This document shows, piece by piece, positions 1-8,211 of a stretch of DNA of 64,000 bases; the first letter of the stretch is position 1; each line of letters starts with the position of its first letter. A program made the position numbers and the translations under genes. The stretch covers positions 1,440,001-1,504,000 of the forward strand of contig JBPOGI010000001.1 of the NCBI GenBank assembly GCA_051251855.1. Reading direction: 5' to 3'. Origin of the DNA: Roseibacillus sp. Its GTDB lineage: Bacteria; Verrucomicrobiota; Verrucomicrobiia; Verrucomicrobiales; Akkermansiaceae. The notes below the pieces were generated by a model. The model searched no databases, had not been told where the DNA came from, and worked only from the letters and a program-made list of their open reading frames with translations.

Positions 1-590
1 CCGCCCTTGCGCAGGTCCTTCAAATACTCCCAATCCACGAGGTGAACCTTGGTCACCTTGCCATCAGCCAACTCCGAAACCTCAATCACCTCTTCATGGT
101 AATCCTGAGCAGCGTCGCTGACCTTACCCTCATAGATTTGCAGCGCACCCCGCTTCTCAGTCAGCTGGGTCACCCCTGCCGCGACCATCAGGAATACGAT
201 GGAAAAGTGGGAAAGTAGAATACCGATTTTCTGTGGTGATTTGCGAAAGCGAATCAATCCTCCCAATGTCAGATTGATGGTAAAGAGAACACAGAGCCAA
301 AATCCACTCAGCATCGGAAAGTAGATCTTAATCGGAACCAAGGCTCCGTCTTCCTGCCAAGGCTTTCCAATCTCGGGAAAAAAGAAGAGTTCTTTCCAAT
401 TAAAGTATTTATCCATCATCGGCTTCAAGCCGTTGACGGTCTGCTCCAAGGTCGCAAACCAAGTGATGACGAAAAGACCTAACAGAAGAAAGGTCGCCAA
501 CTGCATACTCGCCAAAAAGTTGACAACTTTCCCTAGTGGGCCCGCTTCTTTTTTGAAGCTCTTCTGCGGTGATGTTGATTGATTCTCCAT
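1..590 (-). CDS. ResB/Ccs1-like cytochrome c biogenesis membrane protein (5' part; runs off the window edge)
   Basis: Not in the ORF track. Own translation from ATG at 590: MENQSTSPQKSFKKEAGPLGKVVNFLASMQLATFLLLGLFVITWFATLEQ...KIGILLSHFSIVFLMVAAGVTQ...GALQIYEG. The N-terminal TM helices with 'LAS..LA...T..Q' and a conserved His in TM3 are typical of ResB. Confidence 0.75.
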   Translation of the reverse strand, partial: MENQSTSPQKSFKKEAGPLGKVVNFLASMQLATFLLLGLFVITWFATLEQTVNGLKPMMDKYFNWKELFFFPEIGKPWQEDGALVPIKIYFPMLSGFWLCVLFTINLTLGGLIRFRKSPQKIGILLSHFSIVFLMVAAGVTQLTEKRGALQIYEGKVSDAAQDYHEEVIEVSELADGKVTKVHLVDWEYLKDLRKG

Positions 591-665
591 TGAGAAAGAT
601 GAAAGTTAAAAGGTCCCGATTGAGATAGATTTCCGCCTTCTTACGCAAGGAAAGCGAGAGGTCGT

Positions 666-1325
666 TCAATTCCGCTGCAATGAAGCCACGAATTTGATGA
701 ATTGTTCACGGCGGCTCGCAATTTCTGCTTCAGCGCCAATCATCTTAACCGTGACCAAACGGCCCTCGTTTTCGACAATCGCACCCAAAAGAGCCTGCCC
801 ATCTTTTCCTGGCCGTCCCATTCCGGGCTCGTAGCGCCCTGCGGTCTCCACGAGATAACCTTTCTTCCCTATGAAATCCAGCTGACCCATTTCAGTAAGG
901 GACTTCGTTGCCGATCCAAACTGACGGAACCAGCGGTCTACATTGGGCTGAATTCCGCCTCCTACCACACTCAGATAGACCTCCCCCTGCGTTTCTCCTT
1001 CGCCAAAAGTGAGATTCACATCTCGCATCGGCTTCTTCTCGGCCACCTTCCAATCCGCCGCAGGCATTTGGTAGGTCCAAGGAGAAGAGCTCTTGGCATC
1101 TCCCTCTCCACCATCGATCTTCTGTCCTGAACCTTCAATCTGAGCAAGAATCTCAGGTGGTAAAAACTGCTCCGCACTCGTTGCATTCACCGCTGGTTCC
1201 TCATCGTGAGTGGTCAACACCCGTGTCTGACTGATATCAACTTCAGCTGGCTGCTTACGGCAACTTACCGAGACGAGACCCAACAAAAGGGCTGGAACAA
1301 GAACGATTGTCTTCATCGGGCGCAC
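666..1325 (-). CDS. Hypothetical lipoprotein, upstream of and co-oriented with the ResB-like gene
   Basis: Signal peptide ending LVSVSC (lipobox-like); 'NVDRWFRQFG' and 'VKMIG' motifs. Confidence 0.7.
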   Translation of the reverse strand: MRPMKTIVLVPALLLGLVSVSCRKQPAEVDISQTRVLTTHDEEPAVNATSAEQFLPPEILAQIEGSGQKIDGGEGDAKSSSPWTYQMPAADWKVAEKKPMRDVNLTFGEGETQGEVYLSVVGGGIQPNVDRWFRQFGSATKSLTEMGQLDFIGKKGYLVETAGRYEPGMGRPGKDGQALLGAIVENEGRLVTVKMIGAEAEIASRREQFIKFVASLQRN

Positions 1326-1445
1326 TAGTAACCCCTCTTACCGTTTCGCGCAAGCTCCACTCTCGCGACTCATTTCATGAAATCCATATCACCTAAGAAT
1401 GGTTTTCATGAGCTTCAAGACGATTAGCGAAAGAAAAGCCATCCA

Positions 1446-2915
1446 CTACCGATCTAACGCTACCGTTTCCAATTCCTTACCCGCGGGATCAACCATTCGG
1501 AAGACGACCTGAGGTCCGCCGCTATCTTTACTGAAAGCCAACTCTCCAAAAGCCCAAGTAGGCCCTGCATAGCCGAAAAGTTGCTCTTCCTTATTCGCGC
1601 CAAAAGCACTCGGCCCCGGCACGCCACCCATTCCAGCAATTTCGAGTTCATGAATGACTCCTCCATCCGCTCGCGGAATGGCAATCGCCCTCGCTCCATG
1701 ACGATCTCCTGAAATCAGAATCACCTTCGAGTCCTTCTTGCCGTCGATCAGCTGGAAAATCTTTTCCCGCCCCTCCGTATCCCACGTTCCCCAGCTGTCT
1801 TTGCCAGCAGAAATATTATCGCTCCACATCGTACCTCCACTGATGAGGATGTAAGGAGACGTAGAATCCTCAATCTGCTTCTTCAGCCACTCCATTTGTT
1901 CGTCACCCAAAAACGAATTCAGCTTTCCTCGACTCTCGTTAACGCGGCAGGATCGAGTATCGAGAGCAATGTAATGAATCGGTCCCATTTGGGTCTGAAA
2001 GTAGATCCCCTCCCGTTCGATCTCGCGCTCGGGGTTGTTCCATTGTTTTTTCCAAGAACGACGTAAGCCATCGACATCAATCGGCTTCTTCCCGTTCGTG
2101 AACCTTCCCGAGGTATCATTTCCCCAGTAATCGTGATCATCCCAAGTCGCCGTCACCGGCACATAGGCGGTCAATCCCCGCCATGGCGGAGAAAGGTCAC
2201 GTAGAAGGTAATCTGCATCGATAAGACCAAAATCATCCTTCCTGCCATCGACAGCTGAATCTCCGCAAACCAACATCGCTCGATTTCCTCGCTCCCGAAT
2301 GAGCCGCATCAGCTCCGGTCGATACATCCCGACCTTGTGATAGCAGGTTCCGAACGCGATTTTGAACGGCTTCTCCGAAAGCTCATGAGGAAGCGTTACA
2401 AAGCTCCCCTCTCCCAAAACCTGCTTCTTCGAGTCCACGACTTGGTAACGGTATTCGGTATCCGGTAAGAGTCCCTCACAAGCGACCGAGAAACAACGCG
2501 CCGCTTCTTTTGGAGAAAATATCTGATGCTCACCTTTACCTTTCCAAACCACCACCTTCACCGAATCGGACTCCGGCAAGTTCATCCACACGGCAACACT
2601 CGTCGCAGTAACATCGCCCAACATCGGCCCGCCCAGTGTCCCACGCTCAAATTTTTGGCAAACCTCAGCGACCTCGCGGTCACGATCCTTCCCCACCATG
2701 GCCGCCCGGCAAGCCTTGTAAAAGTCCTGCATCTCCTGAGGCTGAGTCGTGTATTGATTCATGATCCGCAGGTCAATTTCGAGGCTCCCGATATGCGCAT
2801 CCTTCAACGAAACAATGCCTGACTCGTCAGTGACCCCAGCCCGCCCCACCAGCGTTCCGCCAACCGTTGCCGCCGTCAGCATTAGGAACTCTCTTCTCTC
2901 AAGGTTCTTCTTCAT
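1446..2915 (-). CDS. phoD: Alkaline phosphatase D (PhoD) family protein, Tat-exported
   Basis: Tat signal ERREFL; AFGTC, CGD, TWDDHD, LDTR and SGDRH metallophosphoesterase motifs. Confidence 0.85.
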   Translation of the reverse strand: MKKNLERREFLMLTAATVGGTLVGRAGVTDESGIVSLKDAHIGSLEIDLRIMNQYTTQPQEMQDFYKACRAAMVGKDRDREVAEVCQKFERGTLGGPMLGDVTATSVAVWMNLPESDSVKVVVWKGKGEHQIFSPKEAARCFSVACEGLLPDTEYRYQVVDSKKQVLGEGSFVTLPHELSEKPFKIAFGTCYHKVGMYRPELMRLIRERGNRAMLVCGDSAVDGRKDDFGLIDADYLLRDLSPPWRGLTAYVPVTATWDDHDYWGNDTSGRFTNGKKPIDVDGLRRSWKKQWNNPEREIEREGIYFQTQMGPIHYIALDTRSCRVNESRGKLNSFLGDEQMEWLKKQIEDSTSPYILISGGTMWSDNISAGKDSWGTWDTEGREKIFQLIDGKKDSKVILISGDRHGARAIAIPRADGGVIHELEIAGMGGVPGPSAFGANKEEQLFGYAGPTWAFGELAFSKDSGGPQVVFRMVDPAGKELETVALDR

Positions 2916-2966
2916 ATTCTGCGTTTGATAGCACTGAGAACAACTTGGGTCTCAACTCTCTTCTTT

Positions 2967-4307
2967 CTACAGCAACTTCGCAAAAGCCTTCAACGACTTG
3001 CGCCCCACCATTGCATAAAGAATATCACCAACCTCCAAGACATCATCCCGTCCCGGAACCTCCGCTTGGAGCCCACGTTGACGACCGACGAGCACCACTC
3101 CTGGAGGCCATTTGACTTCACTTACCGGCTTTCCCGCCAAGGCTGACTTGCTCTCAATCCGAGTCTCAATCACTTGCCCCGGCCCCAACTTTTTCACCAC
3201 GTGATATTTTTCCGAGGTCAGATAGCGCTCAATATCCCGCCGCGTTGCCTCCCGTGGACTTACCGCCGCAACCACTCCAAAGTGTCGACCACTACTTCCA
3301 ATCGCTCGCGCATAGTCTGCTCGGTGAATAATAGTCAGACAATTCTTCACCCCAATATTGTTCGCCTGAAGACACGTCATCACGTTATCCTCGTCGCTCG
3401 TACTCGTAGCCACAAAGAAGTCTGCGTCCCCGACTTGCTCGTCCTCCAATTCGGCCAACACCGTGGCATCGACATTGATGACCGTGGTGTTCGCCAAGCG
3501 ATCCGCCAGCTCCAAGCAACGAGCTTCATCCTCCTCAAAGATGCGCACCTTACAATCCCAGCTCTCTAACATCTGAGCCAAAGAAAAACCGTATTCACCA
3601 CCACCAAAAATCACCACCTTCAAGCCCTCGAGGCCTCCATCCGTTTTCTGAAGATTTGCCGCCAGCTTCCGCAGCCGACGAGGCTCGCCAAAAATAGTCG
3701 CAATGTCCCCCGCCTCCAAAATACTGTCCGCATTGGGAATCGTGTGGGTATCCTCTCGGGAGATAGCCGCAATTCGGGTACGCTCAGGCAACTTCACTTC
3801 GCGCAGGGGCTTACCCACCACCCCACTTTTCGCATGAACCCTCACTTGCTGAAGTTCGATCTTCCCCTGAGCCAATTCTTCCACGGTGAGGGAGTCAGGA
3901 TTACGAATAAACTTCGCCAACTCAATCGCAGTGAGTCGCTCAGAACTAAAGAGGTGGTCGATATTAAAGTGCCCCCGATAATCGAACAACCACTCTTCCC
4001 GCTGAAGCCCCGGATGCACTCGAGCAATCACCCGTTCCACACCCATCGCCTTTGCCATCGAGGCACTCATTAAGTTGGCATTATTACTACTCGTCAGACC
4101 GAGAAACAGGTCGCAATCCCCCACATTCGCCTGCGCCAGCGCGTTCACCGAGTTGCCATCCCCTCTCACCACATTTGCATCAATGGTCTGCTCCAACTCT
4201 TCCGCTAACTTGCTATCAACCTCGATCACCGATAGCGCATGTAACTTTGACAACTCCTGCGAAAGGTGGCGTCCGATTTCACCGGCTCCTACAATGATGA
4301 TATTCAT
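2967..4307 (-). CDS. trkA: Trk potassium uptake system regulatory subunit (two RCK N/C repeats)
   Basis: 446 aa; IIIVGAGEIG and IFGGGEYG Rossmann motifs; duplicated TrkA_N/TrkA_C architecture. Confidence 0.93.
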   Translation of the reverse strand: MNIIIVGAGEIGRHLSQELSKLHALSVIEVDSKLAEELEQTIDANVVRGDGNSVNALAQANVGDCDLFLGLTSSNNANLMSASMAKAMGVERVIARVHPGLQREEWLFDYRGHFNIDHLFSSERLTAIELAKFIRNPDSLTVEELAQGKIELQQVRVHAKSGVVGKPLREVKLPERTRIAAISREDTHTIPNADSILEAGDIATIFGEPRRLRKLAANLQKTDGGLEGLKVVIFGGGEYGFSLAQMLESWDCKVRIFEEDEARCLELADRLANTTVINVDATVLAELEDEQVGDADFFVATSTSDEDNVMTCLQANNIGVKNCLTIIHRADYARAIGSSGRHFGVVAAVSPREATRRDIERYLTSEKYHVVKKLGPGQVIETRIESKSALAGKPVSEVKWPPGVVLVGRQRGLQAEVPGRDDVLEVGDILYAMVGRKSLKAFAKLL

Positions 4308-4361
4308 AATCTGGGAATGCCGAACAAGCGGCGAACAAAGGCAAGGAAACGCTATTGAGGA

Positions 4362-5726
4362 CTATTTTCCGATGCAAAACTGGCTAAAAATACTCCCCAA
4401 AATTTCATCTGTATCAATCCGACCAGCAACCTCGCCCACGGCCTGCAGGGCCTCGCGCAAGGGTAAGCTAACGAACTCTGGCTCTTCGCCCGACGCCAGC
4501 ATCTGCCGAGCTTCAGACAAAGCCTCTTCCGCTCGTCTCAAACAATCTTGATGCCGCGCATTAATCGCAATCAGCGCACCTCCCGAATTCTCCGACAACC
4601 CTCCCCCAAGACGATCTGCCACTTCCTGTCGCAACACCTTCACTCCCTGCTCTTCTCTTACAGAAATCCTCACCGCCTCGGTCCCGTCCCAAGAATCGTC
4701 CTCGCCCAAATCCACTTTATTAAGAACCAAAAGCGCACTCTCGGACAACCGTTCTTCTTTTGGCCGGGAGACATCTACAAGCTCAAGAATCAGGTCCGCA
4801 TCCTCCATCCGCCGCCTCGCGCGCGCCATTCCCTCTTTCTCAATCACGCTTCCCTCATCACGCAGACCCGCGGTATCGATCAACCGCACCGGAAAACCAT
4901 CAAAATCTAACACCTCCTCCACAGTATCTCGAGTGGTCCCCGCCTCCTCGCTCACAATAGCGCGTTCATAGCCTAACAAGGCATTGAGCAAACTCGACTT
5001 TCCAGCATTGGGAGCGCCAATAATAGCAACGCGCGCTCCCTCGCGTAACAGACGACCTCTTTTCGCGGTCCCTAATAGCGAACTAATCGAGGTTTCTAAT
5101 TTCTTAAACGACAACTCCAAAGCCGACCCCGTCTCCGGTGAAATATCCTCCTCCGGAAAATCAATGTAAGCCTCCACATGTGCGGTCAGATTAATAATTT
5201 CCTCTCGAACCACCGCGACAGCATCACCCAAACTACCCGACAGTTGCTCGCGGGCCGCCTTCGCTGCCAAATCTGTCTGGGCCGAAATCAGGTCCATCAC
5301 CGCTTCCGCCTGAGTCAGGTCCAGCTTACTATTGAGAAAAGCCCGCAAGCTGAACTCCCCCGCCTCGGCCAAGCGAGCGCCACACTCCAAACAACGTTCT
5401 AACACCCTACGCGTGACATGGATTCCGCCATGGCCACTAATCTCCACCACATCCTCCCCCGTATAACTGCGAGGATTCCGGTATGCGACGACAAGAACAT
5501 CATCGATTGAGTGCCCCTCTTCATCAAGAACATCATCTCGAAAGGTCAGCCGAGGGGTGAGCGTCTCACTGCGAAACCGCTTTAACAACCGCTCGGCGAC
5601 TTTAAACACCCCGGGCCCGGACATTCGGACCAACGACACTGCCCCAACTCCAGGTGGACTCGCTATCGCCGCGATGACGTCGCTGCTACTCACTTGCGTT
5701 CTCTTTCCAATTGCCTCGCTCGCCAC
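4362..5726 (-). CDS. mnmE: tRNA uridine-5-carboxymethylaminomethyl(34) synthesis GTPase
   Basis: SYTGEDVVE, GAPNAGKSS, GTTRD, DTAGLR and C-terminal FCIGK. Confidence 0.97.
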   Translation of the reverse strand: MASEAIGKRTQVSSSDVIAAIASPPGVGAVSLVRMSGPGVFKVAERLLKRFRSETLTPRLTFRDDVLDEEGHSIDDVLVVAYRNPRSYTGEDVVEISGHGGIHVTRRVLERCLECGARLAEAGEFSLRAFLNSKLDLTQAEAVMDLISAQTDLAAKAAREQLSGSLGDAVAVVREEIINLTAHVEAYIDFPEEDISPETGSALELSFKKLETSISSLLGTAKRGRLLREGARVAIIGAPNAGKSSLLNALLGYERAIVSEEAGTTRDTVEEVLDFDGFPVRLIDTAGLRDEGSVIEKEGMARARRRMEDADLILELVDVSRPKEERLSESALLVLNKVDLGEDDSWDGTEAVRISVREEQGVKVLRQEVADRLGGGLSENSGGALIAINARHQDCLRRAEEALSEARQMLASGEEPEFVSLPLREALQAVGEVAGRIDTDEILGSIFSQFCIGK

Positions 5727-6936
5727 CTAAATCAAGGAACTCCCAGCAAATGAGTTCACCCATCTGCAGCGATGGCTTTGGATCGTTTGACCAAACCAAG
5801 CTCACAGTCGCATTTCGAACAGGGGCCTTCACCACAATACGGTCACGCCACTTCAGAGAAGCCATAGCTCGGCCCAATTCGCTATCGTCCTTTACCAAGA
5901 CCTTGGCATAGTCGCTACTGTTCGCAGGGTCGCTAAACCGAAATACAGAGAACCCTTCTTTATCTCGTCCGTCCAAATCCACATCCTCTTGCACAAAGAC
6001 GCGGAAAATTCCTCGAGCTCCAGCTTCAGGATTATTTACAAACTGGTCTAGAAGACGAAATTTAGTTTGGCCATAAGTTTGCCAATCCAACTTAAGGCCC
6101 TCTGGAGTCTTCGCGAAAAACGCCATCACCTTCAAAGGACGATCCACAAAATTGTTCACCGCGGCTTCGGATACCAACCATTGATCTGGTTCTTCTATAC
6201 CATAACGCACTCGCAAAGGAGGGATGGGCCGGAAGAAGTTTCGAATCGTAAACTGCTCAGGCCGGTTATAGGTCATCAGAAAAATCCCCCGCTTGGTGTC
6301 GCTATCGCTAAGAGCTACTGGACTGAAAATACTCACGGGCGTACGAAACCCATCTTCCTCGAACTTCGAGTAGACAGACGCCATCTCGGCCTCGTTACTC
6401 GTTCCCCTAATGGTCCACTTAGCCCTCTCCTCAATCGTCTCAGCCTCTAGAAACCCTTGTAAAACAGTCTCAGCTTCTTCAATCCAACCTCGGGTCCGAT
6501 AGGCATTATCCTTCCTCTCTTCAGGACTCAGTGAGAGGCCGGCAGAAGGCTCCTCTTGAGCAACCTTCTTCTTGTCAGAAGAAAGAACCACCATTGCCGC
6601 CGCAGCAGCCAAAAGTAAAACTGCTCCAATCGAGGCAATGACAATAATCAACTTCCCTTTCCCCTGGCCTTGGCTTGGCTCACTTGGAGGGCTCCCTTGG
6701 GTAGCTGCCACGGGCTCAGGATTCTTGGGCTCAGGATTCTCGGCCACAGCCTTCACTGCTTGCTGAGGACGTGCCGCAGGCTCCACAAGAGGAGCTTGCG
6801 CTTCCAACGCTGGCGAAGTCACAAGCTCTCCGCATTTAGGACATGGGGCCGTCGTAGGCGGAAGATTGACCGGCACTTGGATGCCAGTTGCGCAATGCTT
6901 GCACTGGAACGTTCGAGTGGAATTGACTTCAGACAT
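5686..6936 (-). CDS. Hypothetical membrane-anchored protein with N-terminal zinc ribbon
   Basis: CKHC...CPKC, Pro-rich linker, one TM helix, C-terminal globular domain; overlaps the mnmE start. Confidence 0.75.
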   Translation of the reverse strand: MSEVNSTRTFQCKHCATGIQVPVNLPPTTAPCPKCGELVTSPALEAQAPLVEPAARPQQAVKAVAENPEPKNPEPVAATQGSPPSEPSQGQGKGKLIIVIASIGAVLLLAAAAAMVVLSSDKKKVAQEEPSAGLSLSPEERKDNAYRTRGWIEEAETVLQGFLEAETIEERAKWTIRGTSNEAEMASVYSKFEEDGFRTPVSIFSPVALSDSDTKRGIFLMTYNRPEQFTIRNFFRPIPPLRVRYGIEEPDQWLVSEAAVNNFVDRPLKVMAFFAKTPEGLKLDWQTYGQTKFRLLDQFVNNPEAGARGIFRVFVQEDVDLDGRDKEGFSVFRFSDPANSSDYAKVLVKDDSELGRAMASLKWRDRIVVKAPVRNATVSLVWSNDPKPSLQMGELICWEFLDLGGERGNWKENASE

Positions 6937-6953
6937 AATGAAATTCGGAGAAA

Positions 6954-8051
6954 TTAGTGGGCTGCTAAAACATCACGAAGGACCGAGAGGCAACGTTCGT
7001 TCTCAGCAGGAGTCCCTACCGAAATACGAACCCATCCGGGGAGCTTGTAACCACGCATAGCTCTCACAATCACTCCCTGCTTCAGCATTTCGCTAAAGAC
7101 GCGGTCGCCATCTCCCACCTTGACCAAGACAAAGTTCGCATGACTCGGAACATACTCGAGGCCCATTTCCCCGAAAGTCTTCTCGAACAAATCCCGCCCA
7201 ATTTTGTTGTTATCAACAGTTGCTTGAATGTGAGCCGTATCCGCTATCGAGGCCAAAGCCGCCATCTGAGCGAGTTCGTTGGTATTAAAGGGTTGCCGCG
7301 CCTTTTGTAGAATCCCAGCTAGAGATACCGGAGCCATACCATAGCCAATGCGCAGACCAGCCAATCCTTGAGCCTTGGAGAAGGTGCGCATCACCACCAC
7401 ATTGCGCCCCTCCTTGACATATTGAATGGTATCAGGCGCATCCTCTAAAAACTCGTAATAAGCCTCATCGAAAACCGCGATGACATGCTCAGGAAGTTTA
7501 TTCAAAAAGCGCTCAATTTCCTCAGCCCCGACTAACGTCCCCGTCGGATTATTTGGATTGGCTACAAAAACAAGCCGAGTCTTATCAGTCACAGCGTCCG
7601 CCATAGCATCGAGATCATGCACAAATCCTGGGTCAGGAACCTCCACATATTTGGCCCCAAACAACGTTGCCATCAGCTTATAGACAACAAAGGCATGCTC
7701 CGCCGCAATCAAGGCCGCTCCCTCATTCAAAAAACAGTGGCACAGCAACTCGATGATTTCGTTCGAGCCATTGCCAAGAACAATATTCTCCATCTTCAAC
7801 CCATGCTTCTCAGCCAACGCCGAACGCAAGCGCACCCCGCCACCATCGGGATAGATATGCATATGCCGAGCCGCATCAGCCATCGCCTGCTGCGCCATGG
7901 GAGAGGGGCCTAACGGATTCTCATTACTCGCCAACTTCACAATCTCGGCAGGATTTAATCCCAATTCGAGGGCGGTCTCCTCAATCGGTTTTCCTGGCTC
8001 GTAAGCGACAAGATCGCACACAAATCGATTAGCGTATTGCTCTAAAGACAT
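6954..8051 (-). CDS. hisC: Histidinol-phosphate aminotransferase
   Basis: KLASNENPLG, NPNNPTG, DEAY, RTFSKAQGLAGLRIGY PLP motifs; start moved to ATG 8051 (MSLEQYAN). Confidence 0.93.
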   Translation of the reverse strand: MSLEQYANRFVCDLVAYEPGKPIEETALELGLNPAEIVKLASNENPLGPSPMAQQAMADAARHMHIYPDGGGVRLRSALAEKHGLKMENIVLGNGSNEIIELLCHCFLNEGAALIAAEHAFVVYKLMATLFGAKYVEVPDPGFVHDLDAMADAVTDKTRLVFVANPNNPTGTLVGAEEIERFLNKLPEHVIAVFDEAYYEFLEDAPDTIQYVKEGRNVVVMRTFSKAQGLAGLRIGYGMAPVSLAGILQKARQPFNTNELAQMAALASIADTAHIQATVDNNKIGRDLFEKTFGEMGLEYVPSHANFVLVKVGDGDRVFSEMLKQGVIVRAMRGYKLPGWVRISVGTPAENERCLSVLRDVLAAH

Positions 8052-8211
8052 CTCCGGCAGCTTCCACCTTGCCTGACAGAAACTCAAATCCCAATTCCGC
8101 CAGTTCTCAAAACACCTTTCCAACCTCCACTAGCCTACTGCGCCCTCCTCTCCAAACCCTGTCTCGTTTTCTGTTTGGCGCTCATGCCTAACACGTCCAT
8201 CCTCCTTTCCT

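Noticed and set aside
409..669. 86-aa ORF from the track
   Set aside because: Overlaps the ResB-like CDS in another frame on the same strand; no recognisable features
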